A stretch of DNA of 63,814 nucleotides, the filler included, from Lenisia limosa (lineage: Eukaryota > Protista > Breviatea), in the NCBI GenBank assembly GCA_001655205.1. It is 10 parts of 10 records of this genome, joined end to end, with 100 filler letters (N's around TTAATTAATTAA, not from the genome) between each part and the next. Parts side by side here need not be neighbours in the genome. Positions count along the whole stretch, not along the records: positions 50,336 to 51,931 come from LPNZ01005232.1; positions 52,032 to 54,182 come from LPNZ01003124.1; positions 54,283 to 56,344 come from LPNZ01002512.1; positions 56,445 to 59,137 come from LPNZ01008578.1; positions 59,238 to 60,791 come from LPNZ01010535.1; positions 60,892 to 63,814 come from LPNZ01007206.1; 4 more parts are not named here. One strand, given 5' to 3'. Positions 50,660 to 61,414 of the stretch are shown one piece after another. How positions within the stretch are numbered: the first letter of the stretch is position 1; each line of letters opens with the position of its first letter. The translations under genes were made by a program, and so were the position numbers. The notes under the pieces are model-generated. The model saw only the letters and a program-made list of their open reading frames with translations. It was not told the DNA's origin and did no database searches.

Positions 50660-51850
50660 GTTTCACGTAATAGCAATCACCATTCTCCATGAATACTCCT
50701 GCCGCCAAAACAGCTCCTGCTGCTTCTCCGTTCGCGACCCCCCAGGTATTGGAGGGTTTTATGTAGGATTCTGTGTAATGAATTGATATATTAATGGCGA
50801 AATATGAAACAACTTCATCATCACCACTACCAACCATATCATCATCAATACCATTATCACCAACAACAACAACATCCGTATAACCTATCAGGCCGCTCCC
50901 CCTGCTGCTGACAACCACGACCAGAGAAGAACAGCCAACGTCACCGCTGCCAGACAGGCTGTGGGAGGGGAGGAGGTAATTTTGATATATTGTTAGCGGG
51001 GGAAGGTGACAGGAAACAGCACCAAACACCGTCTAGGAACATTATAAAGTATCTTAGAGACATTTATTTTTGAACACTGTTGATTCAAAGGCAAACAAGA
51101 GGGGATTTAGGTCAAAAACAAGCAAAAGTTGACCAAACCTCTTGACGTATTGTTAAGGAGGGGGTATCAAAGTATTTACCTTCAATCACCTGTCAACGCA
51201 TATTGATGACCACTTGCTTTTTTTAGAACAAGAGAAAGAATAGACATTAGACATCTTGGGAAACAAATAAATACATAGGGATACCATAAACAAATTACCA
51301 TTGCTACAATGGTACTCCTAATTTCCCTCATACTTAACAGGGAGCTGGAGCCTTCCTTGAAAACGCCGTCGTTAACATGGGTATCACTAAGGACACTACT
51401 CCTGTATGCTAGCCTGGCTATATTCTTGATTATTGTCATTTTATTATTATTATTTTCATTATTTTTTTTATGTTTTATATTTTTGTTTACAAATCCCCCT
51501 ATATGCATTACTTCTTTCAGTTTTGGATTATTCTGTTCGTAATAGGACCTTTGCCCCATTATTCTTCATCGAAATATCCTTCACATCCCCCCCCCCCNNN
51601 NNNNNNNNNNNNNNNNNNNNNNNNNNNNNNNNNNNNNNNNNNNNNNNNNNNNNNNNNNNNNNNNNNNNNNNNNNNNNNNNNNNNNNNNNNNNNNNNNNNN
51701 NNNNNNNNNAATGGTACACATTAGAAATCTAAGGAAACTAAAAAATACACAGAGGGATACCGTAAGCAAATTACCAAACTTCTACTACTCCTTCATTCAC
51801 CTCTTAGACCGCTGCTGCCCCTGTCGCTTCTCGTCAACCTGAGGGTGGGA
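50660..51850 (+). CDS. internal fragment of a hypothetical gene
   Basis: AG/GT-bounded exons GRSPAADNHDQRRTANVTAARQAVGGEE, GAGAFLENAVVNMGITKDTTP, TAAAPVASRQPE. Confidence 0.4.
51244..51300 (+). repeat. intronic dispersed repeat module D
   Basis: CATTAGACATCTTGGGAAACAAATAAATACATAGGGATACCATAAACAAATTACCA; near-identical at 58958-59012, diverged at 51719-51776. Confidence 0.85.
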
Positions 51851-51931
51851 GGTATTCTTGTTATTATTATTTTATTAATATGTTTTATTAATATAATATA
51901 TTATAGGTTTTTTTACATAATACATATAATA

Positions 51932-52031
51932 NNNNNNNNNNNNNNNNNNNNNNNNNNNNNNNNNNNNNNNNNNNNTTAATTAATTAANNNNNNNNNNNNN
52001 NNNNNNNNNNNNNNNNNNNNNNNNNNNNNNN
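51932..52031. other. artificial contig spacer
   Basis: 44 N + TTAATTAATTAA (51976-51987) + 44 N. Confidence 0.97.
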
Positions 52032-52239
52032 GGGGAAAAAATAAAATAAAAAATATGCGATTACCGTTCTGATGATCGTGAAACTGCTTCAACTGCAATG
52101 GTTTGTTATTGGATTATCTTATTGTTTTTGGGGTTTGAGACTTGGGGCACGCCCAGAGAGATATATCATACAACAAATAAAATGCCTCCCAAATTACATT
52201 TGTGTGATAATATATTTATACTGTATATCTAGATATCGA

Positions 52240-52612
52240 TATGCTCAAGGTCCAAAATTATGTCGTTATTTCGAATTAATGTCGTTAATTATTTACGGTT
52301 GCCAAATCAGCTATTCCCCTTCAAAACAGTAATATATTTCTGAGATAGACACACTTAATTTGTTTATGAAGGAAAACAAAGAAAAATATACCTTTCAATT
52401 TTTTTTTTGTCAAGATCAGCACTTTATCGTGGAAATTTAATTTTTTTAGTGCCACGCTCGCGCAGTTTTTTTTTAAGTTTATGCTCGCATTTTTCTTTTT
52501 TACGAGTTAAATTGTTGTGAAGTTGACCGTAACATGAAAAAGAGACAGTCACAGAAAATTGAATTAACGACAATAATTCGAATTAAAGACATAGTTTAGG
52601 ACCTCGAGCATA
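52240..52612. mobile_element. ~370-bp MITE-like element with ~50-bp terminal inverted repeats
   Basis: Left ATGCTCAAGGTCCAAAATTATGTCGTTATTTCGAATTAATGTCGTTAATT; right AATTAACGACAATAATTCGAATTAAAGACATAGTTTAGGACCTCGAGCAT (~6 mismatches); TA at both ends; non-coding AT-rich interior. Confidence 0.75.
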
Positions 52613-52939
52613 TATCATACTATATGAAAAATTCAGCCGCTTTTGATGACAAACAATCAAAACTGTCGGAGTTTATCAAAAGCGTCAGGGTTTCTGCGCC
52701 TAAGTATATGCATATCTAGTGTGTATGAGCTATTAGCATATTTAAATATGATATAAGACGTATTATATATATCATATAACTGTATGGCTATTTCTCAAAA
52801 ATAACAATTACCAAAGCACTTTATCATCACTTTCAGGTGACGCGTGTTGTGTCTATGGACTTAGGCCATACTCTGGTAAGACACTCAAAGTTCAAAGTCC
52901 TGACAAAATTCTTTCACTAATTAAAAAGGGTCTTTGTTG

Positions 52940-54182
52940 TACCACCAGCCGGCCGAGCCAGTCCTATCTTGCTGAAGTTCCAAGGCTCTCATGACGTCTT
53001 CACTTCAATCAAGTTTAGGTCTTTGTTTCATCCAAGTTTTACCTTGGTCAATATGGTCATCTCATCTCATTTTGTGTTTCTATTATCTTTTGATGTTTCC
53101 CTTTCTTTCATGATATGTACCCCATTTTCAGCAAATGAATACATTTGGACATACAACAGGAAAAACCCAAGAAATAGAATAGAAATAGAAGGAGCTTCAG
53201 AAACGAGGCTATTCAAGGCGACTACTTTGCGCCAGGGTACTAACAAGAAAAAAGCTCTTCAAATTGGAGCAGGATCACCATGAGCTAAAAAAAAATAAAA
53301 GAAGAAAATGGACGAATAGCGAATAATAAACAAAGAGCGGCGCTTACTTGGTCTATATTGGTCTAAAGAAGTCGGGTAGGGGGCAGGGGCGGGAGTAGAC
53401 GTGGGAGTGGGGGCTTTGGTCGGGTTTTTCGAGTTGGATGACAGGCCATCAAGCATTTGCTGCTCGAATTCCAATAACATACGGGCGCCATCGGGGTCAA
53501 CTTGGTTCTGAGCAGGTTAGAGATGTGGTGCATTATTGAGAAAGAATGGACACACATGATAATCGCAAACCTTGTCCCCTTGGAGGATCTTATCACCACT
53601 TGTTGACTTGGTGAGGCTTTTTAATGAGGGTGCAGTGTTCTGTCTCGCGGCTGAGGGGTAAAAAACAGAAGAGAGAAAGCTGGCAAATGTTGATTTGCTA
53701 TTAAGAGCCTTGTTTCATATAGAAACACTAAAGACAGCAGGCACAAGCCTACCATTAGGAGTCGGCTGGATCTGGGGGTACGCCGACGGCTGTGATGACG
53801 GCCTGGCCTGTGATGATGGCCGCTGCGGCGGGTGGTGCATAGACACACCCTGATGTGGCGACTGCAGGGGGTGGACGCCCATACCCACGCCAGGCTTGGA
53901 CTGAGATAACGGCGGCATACTGGCCATGATGGTGCCCGGCTTGGGCTGGACAATCTGGGTGGTGCCCATTGGCTTTGGCTGAGTCATTGGTTGGCCGTTG
54001 GTCTTCTGAATGGTCAGCTTATACCAATCCACAATTGGGGCTATTAGAAACACAGAAGTTGCAAAAGGAAATTCATGGTATCAAGATTCGGCTTTGCCAA
54101 AGACTTGAAAAAAGTGGTATTGCCAATGTGCCACAAACCGTTGGCATTTGTTGAGTCATGGGGGTGGGCTGGAGGGGCTGGG
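52940..54182 (-). CDS. fragment of a Pro/Gln-rich hypothetical protein
   Basis: Exons TIQKTNGQPMTQPKPMGTTQIVQPKPG...QPSAYPQIQPTPN, DGARMLLEFEQQMLDGLSSNSKNPTKAPTPTSTPAPAPYPTSLDQYRP, EDVMRALELQQDR. Confidence 0.55.
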
Positions 54183-54282
54183 NNNNNNNNNNNNNNNNNN
54201 NNNNNNNNNNNNNNNNNNNNNNNNNNTTAATTAATTAANNNNNNNNNNNNNNNNNNNNNNNNNNNNNNNNNNNNNNNNNNNN
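54183..54282. other. artificial contig spacer
   Basis: 44 N + TTAATTAATTAA (54227-54238) + 44 N. Confidence 0.97.
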
Positions 54283-54388
54283 CCTTCCCACCTTCCTTAA
54301 TATGGCAATACATCCTTCCCACCTTCCTTAATATGGCAATACTTCCTTCTCACCTTCCTTAAAAGGTAACATCTCCCTCTCACCTTCC
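54283..54388. repeat. 31-bp tandem repeat at contig start (~3.5 copies, decaying inward)
   Basis: Unit CCTTCCCACCTTCCTTAATATGGCAATACAT. Confidence 0.9.
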
Positions 54389-54599
54389 AGGGTATCTTCC
54401 ATCCACGATTCCTCCTCGGTCAAGTTATCCTCAGAGGTGCGGACCCTAAACCAGTCAGTGTCAGCTGTTTGAGAATATAAAAATATAATTGTTTGCATTA
54501 ATCGAGAAATTGTTTCAATAATCTAGGTACGAATCAATAATACTGATTATATACTTTTTTTTCTACAAATGGGATGGGATTTGTACACCAGGCAGGTTC

Positions 54600-56300
54600 T
54601 CACGAAGTTGACCAGTAAATCTTAACCGACAGGTTCCGATTTCCCTTGGGAGCAATCGGCCGGAACAAGCCACAATCAATGTAGCATTACATCGAAAACC
54701 CCCAACATGTGTTTAGTCAAGTTGACTGGAATGCAAACGATGGCACAATTCAGCTCTTCACGTTGGTCACGAACAGTCTTCATCGCTGCGCGGGTGTGGA
54801 ATGAGAATCAATTACAGGATACAGTCCACATCTTACGTTCATGGTGTTAATGTCGTATCGATAACCCAAAATATAATATAGATGATCGGATTTCGTATCC
54901 TTTTCCAAGAGGGAAGCAGCAAGCCCTTTACTTGCGTTGACGGAATCGAAAGTGTCCACTCGTGCGCCAAGACTAGATAGGGCCTGGGGGGGGGGGGNNN
55001 NNNNNNNNNNNNNNNNNNNNNNNNNNNNNNNNNNNNNNNNNNNNNNNNNNNNNNNNNNNNNNNNNNNNNNNNNNNNNNNNNNNNNNNAGCAAACAACACA
55101 TGAGGGTTGAACAAAAAAATAAAACAAAGGCAGGTCGCTGAGGGGTTATACAGTGAATATTATAGGAGCTAGTGACATATATAATAGAGGTGTATGTATT
55201 CCAACCATACCCCCCCACTCCGGATAGAGCATCATTGACCGGGGACTGTAACGACACAAAAGCCACCTTTGCTTTCTCCAGGTGCCGAGACCCCACTGTT
55301 CTGTGGAGGTAAGGATTTAGATAACTAGAGAGCAATGACTGTTCTGTGGAGGTAAGGATTTAGATAACTAGAGAGCAATGACTGTTCTGTGGAGGTAGTG
55401 GGATTCAGATTACTAAATTTGTTCCGAAAAAGCAACCCATTTCTCCCCCCTCCCCCCACTCGGCGGTGCCTTTACAGGGGACTGAGAACCAGAAGCGAGA
55501 GCCTTCCTCCTCCGTTCTGAATGATTAATTTACTAGTTAGGCATGATCTATATACAAATAGCGTGTTATATTGGCATGTTGAATGGGTCACATCAACATA
55601 TGACATCATATTACTAGTATTATGTATGTATAAGTACACATTTGATGGATGGGACAGGAAAACTCTAGATGGTTTTATTAATGCAAATGGACTATGGCAG
55701 CCTCAGCAATTCTCAAACAAATCGGACAACTTAACACGGTCACTGTACAAACATAAGTGTTAGATTGTTGAGTGACCGGAATAATATATACTATATGTGC
55801 TCATAACAACAGCAACAGCAACGAACCTTGGGCTAATATGCGGCGGAGGGTTGGCCTGGATATTGCACCACTGTTCCCCCGAGACGTAATTGGCGTTGGT
55901 CTCAGGCCCCTCGGAGGGCAGCTTCCACACCACTTGCCCGCTCCATCCAGGAACTTCTTTCTCCTCGTCAACCTGTGGCCAGGGAGGGAAGTAAAAATGG
56001 AAACATGTGGGGGATGGGGGTGAATGGGAACAATAAGGATAAAGGAAAAGGAAAGGAAGAGAGCATCAAAACAGAATATAGAAAAGGAAAGGATCGAATA
56101 GACATTTCTCCTCCCCACCCCACCATCACTGCGCCATATTCATCACAGCGCCAAATCCCTTCACGTGATATTCCGGTTTTTTACGGACGTAGGGAAACCC
56201 TACCAATATCCCTCAGGGACTTAGACGTTCCATCATCTGCACCCTCACCTGGTACGTCCCAAGGCCGGACGATTCTGCTTGGAGCGAAGGGGGGAGATTA
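54600..56300 (-). CDS. fragment of a hypothetical gene
   Basis: Candidate exons VDEEKEVPGWSGQVVWKLPSEGPETNANYVSGEQWCNIQANPPPHISPR, TVGSRHLEKAKVAFVSLQSPVNDALSG, ALSSLGARVDTFDSVNA, DHLYYILGYRYDINTMN. Confidence 0.4.
55296..55397. repeat. 43-bp exact tandem duplication (2.4 copies)
   Basis: CTGTTCTGTGGAGGTAAGGATTTAGATAACTAGAGAGCAATGA x2 plus a partial copy; contains the minus-strand acceptor CCTTACCTCCACAG. Confidence 0.92.
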
Positions 56301-56344
56301 GACTGGGGAGTGGTGAGGATAGAAAATATTATGAGCAAACAGAA

Positions 56345-56444
56345 NNNNNNNNNNNNNNNNNNNNNNNNNNNNNNNNNNNNNNNNNNNNTTAATTAATTAA
56401 NNNNNNNNNNNNNNNNNNNNNNNNNNNNNNNNNNNNNNNNNNNN
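56345..56444. other. artificial contig spacer
   Basis: 44 N + TTAATTAATTAA (56389-56400) + 44 N. Confidence 0.97.
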
Positions 56445-56554
56445 CTCCCCACCCCGCCCCAGGACCCTAATTATCACCCGAATGATTTTTCCCTCTGAGC
56501 TTTTTTTTGTTTTGTTGTTATCAACACTCGAGTATGTGAGGATTTTTAGAACAG

Positions 56555-56870
56555 TTCAGTCTTTTTTTTTGAACCGAAGTGAAGCCCTAGTTATCAGCCA
56601 ACAGCAACAGAGTTGATCTGGGGTTTTTGTGATTTCATAAGTGTTCCCTTCTTACCCCCCCACTCTCTTTGTGTTTTTGTCATCTGGTTTTGTCCAGTTT
56701 TAGATTTGGTTGCTCGTGCTTGTTATTGCTTGTTTTTTTTTTTTTGTTTGGAGTTTTAGATTATTCTATTGATAGTACCCTTACACCAATATCCTTCGTT
56801 TTACTCCCCCATTGCGAGAGTTGATTTTGGCTTTTTTTGTTTCATAAATTATCCAATTTTACTCCCCCAG
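56555..56870 (+). repeat. composite intronic repeat: half MITE + modules A'-B-C-A ending at a splice acceptor
   Basis: TTCAGTC...GAACCGAAGTGAAGCCCTA (56555-56589), then GAGTTGATCTGGGGTTTTT, module B, AATATCCTTCGTTTTACTCCCC, and GAGTTGATTTTGGC...CAATTTTACTCCCCCAG|exon. Confidence 0.75.
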
Positions 56871-58933
56871 TGCCATAATCATCAACCACATGATCCCGGG
56901 AGGCAACTACTATGACAACAGGTTCCTTTGGACTACTGTTGCCACTGCTGCTTTTGCCGAGATTGCGGATAAGGTAGGAAAAAAGGCACAACAAAAGGAA
57001 TTTAAGAATAATGGCATCTGATATGATTTGGTTGTTATTATTCCGGGTTTTTTGGGCAATAGGGAAGCCTTAATATTTTTTGAGCGAAATGACGTATTTT
57101 TTACCCTGTAGTTTAGTTCGGAAATCCGATTTGCACTGGGCGGTCATCTTCACTCTAATGCGATTCGCTACTACTCCAGTGGGAGAGGGAGTAATACCAT
57201 TTCAGGGTGATGGGATGCGGTATTGCAGAACTGGCCTGGGGCTTTGTTTTGTTATTTTCAACCCTCGTGCAACCGAGTTGATTTTGGGCTTTTTTGCTTC
57301 ATAAATTTTCTAGTTGTTTCTTAAATTTTCCAATTTTACTCCCCCCTCCCTCTCACTGGCTCACAATGCAAAACATCACACATCCCGATAGACTTCATAG
57401 AAATTTCCTTCGTTTTACACCACCCAGAAATTGTCTCGCATGTTGGCCCGGCCATTAGCCCCGTTTTCGGTACCAATCCAGGATTCCGCTCCATGACGCT
57501 TGATCCGACGTCCTTCATCATGGTGCGTGAGGAGGTGTTTGGTTTATCGAGTTTTTCGAGAGTTTTTTTGAGGGTTTTGCAAGAGTTTTGCGAGGGGTTT
57601 TCGAGGGGTTTTCGAAGGTTTTCGAGGTATCATCGGGAGTTTATTGAGGGTTTATGGAGGATTAATCGAGAAATAAATTGTTTTGGTAAGGGAATTCCTT
57701 CATTCTGGTATTTATCAAGGGCTTATCGAGGGTTTATCGTTTTTAAGGGACTTCCTTCATTATGGTGAAGGGAGAGGGTTATTTATCAAAGATTTATCGT
57801 TTTAATGGAAATCCTTCATTATGGTGAATGGGGAGTGTTATTTGCTTTATCTATGGTGCTTTATCATTGGTTTTTCGAGAGTTAAAGACATAGCTGTAGC
57901 ACTCTGGCCTGGGCTTTGTTTGTTGTTGTTAACAACGTTGTGTGTTGTCAGTCAACAGAGTTGATTTTGGGCTTTTTTGTTGTTTCATTTATTTTCCAAT
58001 TTTACCCCCCCCCCCAGAAAGACTTCACGGCCTGGGCGTTCGACATAGAAACCGCCAACATGCTGGCGCGCGAGCCTGGCGCAAATCTAGGTCAAATTGC
58101 AGACTCAATGTGGCAAAGACTCTATGGCTTTGCTGATACTTTTCATGTNNNNNNNNNNNNNNNNNNNNNNNNNNNNNNNNNNNNNNNNNNNNNNNNNNNN
58201 NNNNNNNNNNNNNNNNNNNNNNNNNNNNNNNNNNNNNNNNNNNNNNNNNNNNNNNNNNNNNNNNNATCCACACACACTCACTCCCCTCTGCAGGTTCCTG
58301 ACGTCACCCCTCAAAGCGCCTCGAAGATGATTAAAACGCTAAAGTCCAACCCAGGCATGGCTTTCACCTACGGGATGCTCATGTGGGGGGTGGGGGGTAT
58401 TGTTGGTAGGGCTTCACTTCATCGAAAAAAAAGGCTAAATTTCTCGATAAATCCGCGAAAACTATCGATATTTTACCAGACTTTTTCTAATCGAAGTGAA
58501 GCCCTATTTATTAGTCATCTGATCTACTGGGGGGGGGGGGGGNNNNNNNNNNNNNNNNNNNNNNNNNNNNNNNNNNNNNNNNNNNNNNNNNNNNNNNNNN
58601 NNNNNNNNNNNNNNNNNNNNNNNNNNNNNNNNNNNNNNNNNNNNNNNNNNNNNNNNNNNNNNNNNNNNNNNNNNNNNNNNNNNNNNNNNNNNNNNNNNGA
58701 TAAATCGTCAATAAATATCGATATTTTCGTACCTCACAAGCATATTAATTCACCCAATCTTTTGTTTTTCAACTCTGAGCACGCAGCTCTGTGTGCCTCC
58801 CGCTAACCCCATAGGAACGGAAATTACCTGGAGAAGAAGTACTATCGCCTCTGTGACATTGAGGCAATATCCGAGGCGGAGTACAAGACATGCATTGCCG
58901 CTTTTGTTAGTGCTGAGTCGCAAGGCAGTATTG
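56871..58933 (+). CDS. 3' half of an acid sphingomyelinase-like phosphodiesterase (SMPDL3/ASM-type metallophosphoesterase)
   Basis: AIIINHMIPG (H.P.G motif), FSSEIRFALGGHLHSN (GHxH), VGPAISPVFGTNPGFR (P..SP...NP.FR), DFTAWAFDIETAN...WQRLYGFADTF, VPDVTPQS, RLCDIEAISEAEYKTC. Confidence 0.8.
58407..58506. mobile_element. ~100-bp palindromic MITE-like element, subfamily 1
   Basis: TAGGGCTTCACTTCATCGAAAAAAAAGGCT...AGACTTTTTCTAATCGAAGTGAAGCCCTA; TA at both ends; inside an intron. Confidence 0.82.
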
Positions 58934-59137
58934 GTATGGGGCGAGAGAAATAATACGCATTAGAAATCTAGGAAACAAATAAATACATAGGGATACCATA
59001 AACAAATTACCATACTTGGGGGGCACGAGAAAAATGCTATGTGCACAGAGTTGTAAGGCAAATTATTGGGTGAAGTAGTATAAGCGTGATGGTGTGGACG
59101 GCTTATGACCTAGTTTTTTATTTCAATCTTACCTCCT

Positions 59138-59237
59138 NNNNNNNNNNNNNNNNNNNNNNNNNNNNNNNNNNNNNNNNNNNNTTAATTAATTAANNNNNNN
59201 NNNNNNNNNNNNNNNNNNNNNNNNNNNNNNNNNNNNN
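59138..59237. other. artificial contig spacer
   Basis: 44 N + TTAATTAATTAA (59182-59193) + 44 N. Confidence 0.97.
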
Positions 59238-60774
59238 GTCGAGGAGTACTGGGTCAACATGCTGCTGGTAACGGTATTTGGGACAACTTTGAATGTTTTT
59301 TTTTTGTAGAAGTGGTTTTATGATAACTTGTCCTTTGTTTTGTTGTTTTACGAGGATAACTTTTCATGTACATTTACATACACAAATATATTATAATACA
59401 TAGTTTTTTTGTTGTTGTTGTTGTTGTTGTTTTATTCAATACTATTATCGCATTTCCCTGTCGCCAACAGAGTTAATTTGGGCTTTTTTGTTTCATAAGT
59501 TTCCAATTTTACCCCCCCCCCCCTCCACCTCTCGTTGGTTTGAAACTGTTTCATATTTTGTTATCTCAGGGTTTTGTTGCTCTCTTTTGATTCTCAATCA
59601 AAAACAGTATTTGCTGGACTCGTCAAAGGCTGGCTCGGGCTTGTTTTTGTTTTGTGTTTTTGTCATCTGGCTTTTGTCTAGTTTTAGCGTTGGTTGCTCG
59701 TGTTTGCATTGCTTGTTTTTGTTAGTTTCAGATTATTCGATTCGTGATTAGTACTTTACGCCAGTATTCTTCATCGAAATTTCTTTCGTTTTACCCCCCC
59801 CCCCTAGACCTAGCTATTGNNNNNNNNNNTAGGGGGGGGATCATGTCTTTGTAAACTCTCATTTCATAACTATTAAGAAAACAATCACATTGTCAATATT
59901 TAGCGATGATTTTTTGATTTTTGAAGAGTAAGCCCAAAATTCATCTTTTCAGGAACAAGAGTCGCTGAGGAACGGCCTTGCTGAGCTGGAGGCCTGGAAA
60001 AATAGGGGTGGGAGGGGGGTGAGAAAAAAGTAGAGAAAAAACAAAGAAACGGGGGGAAAGCAGGGGNNNNNNNNNNNNNNNNNNNNNNNNNNNNNNNNNN
60101 NNNNNNNNNNNNNNNNNNNNNNNNNNNNNNNNNNNNNNNNNNNNNNNNNNNNNNNNNNNNNNNNNNNNNNNNNAAATCCTTGGAATTACCGGTTATTTTC
60201 GGCCCGAAGTGAAGGGGGAAGGGGCTGATGGAAGGTACTAGGTTTTGCATATGGCATAGTTATTGCTAATTTAAACTTGCAAACCCTCAAATATTCTGAT
60301 TTAACTTTGCCCAAAGGTGTCGATGATTTTACACACCCCTCAGGTCGCGAGGAAATTGAGCAGTTTGAGGAGGAAGAAGAAGACAATTCGCCCGAAGCCC
60401 TCGAAGCCAAAGAGATGCTCAAAGCTCTTTCAGTGAGGGGTGAAGGTGGAACTTTTATGAAATATATATTAACAAAACTCAATACTATCCCGTCATAATT
60501 GCCAAAAGTTCAAACCGTATTGATAATTATCAAACCATTATTGTGGGGCTTCGTCAGTCTTAAAGATGAAACAAATCCTTTTAGCCTTTCAGATGAAATA
60601 AAGCCTTTAAGATGAAACAAATCGTCATCCTTTCAGATGAAAATGGAGGCCGAAGAAGCCGGCATGGAGGAGTTCTCTGACGATCCTGAGAATGAGCACT
60701 CTTGCCGGACCCCCAGCCCTATGCCAGAATATGAGCCCGATTCCGAGGATGACGATGTCGTTGCAAGCTTTTCA
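59238..60774 (+). CDS. fragment of an acidic hypothetical protein
   Basis: Exons VEEYWVNMLL, EQESLRNGLAELEAWK, REEIEQFEEEEEDNSPEALEAKEMLKALS, MKMEAEEAGMEEFSDDPENEHSCRTPSPMPEYEPDSEDDDVVASFS. Confidence 0.5.
59469..59808 (+). repeat. composite intronic repeat modules A-B-C ending at a CCCTAG acceptor
   Basis: GAGTTAATTTGGGCTTTTTTG...CAATTTTACCCCC; module B; ATTCTTCATCGAAATTTCTTTCGTTTTACCCCCCCCCCCTAG. Confidence 0.75.
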
Positions 60775-60791
60775 GTAGGGGGGGGGGGGGG

Positions 60792-60891
60792 NNNNNNNNN
60801 NNNNNNNNNNNNNNNNNNNNNNNNNNNNNNNNNNNTTAATTAATTAANNNNNNNNNNNNNNNNNNNNNNNNNNNNNNNNNNNNNNNNNNNN
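60792..60891. other. artificial contig spacer
   Basis: 44 N + TTAATTAATTAA (60836-60847) + 44 N. Confidence 0.97.
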
Positions 60892-61021
60892 GGAGGAGAA
60901 TTTTGGAGGTTTGGGGGTTGGGGAGGGGGAGGGGGGTAAACTGTCATATTTTTCGAGGGAAAAGTCCCCGTATCTTTTTTCAATGGAAAGTCTTATATAG
61001 TTTTTAATGAAGTGTTCTACT

Positions 61022-61122
61022 TAGGGCTTTCCCCACGGTCCCAAAAAAGACTGAATTTCTCGATAAATCGTCGATAAATATCAATTTTTTAACTGTCTTT
61101 TTCGGAACGTGGTGAAGCCCCA
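61022..61122. mobile_element. ~100-bp palindromic MITE-like element, subfamily 2
   Basis: TAGGGCTTTCCCCACGGTCCCAAAAAAGACTGAATTTCTCGATAAATCG...CTGTCTTTTTCGGAACGTGGTGAAGCCCCA. Confidence 0.75.
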
Positions 61123-61414
61123 ATTTTAATATTTTTCGAAGTTCCTTATCTTTTTGAATGAAACGTCCTTATATTTTTTGAATGTAAAGTCTTATATTTT
61201 TAGAGCATGATTGTCCCTCAGTCATCTATTCCCCTGATAATGCAGACACCCAGAAGGTTATTGAGGTAGGTACCCGGGTAAATAATATGGTACCCGGATA
61301 GCATCACAGAGTTTTGTTTCTCTCTTTTGTCTATTAGTTCAAAAATCGTATTTTACCTTCGATTTGGGCTTTTTTTGTTCATGAATTTTCCAATTTTAAC
61401 CCCCCCTCTCCCAG

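Noticed and set aside
10871-60891. TTAATTAATTAA embedded in N runs nine times as a biological motif, and gene neighbourhoods that cross these points
   Set aside because: The identical 44N+12+44N layout with stops in all frames is a contig-concatenation linker, so adjacency across it is artificial.
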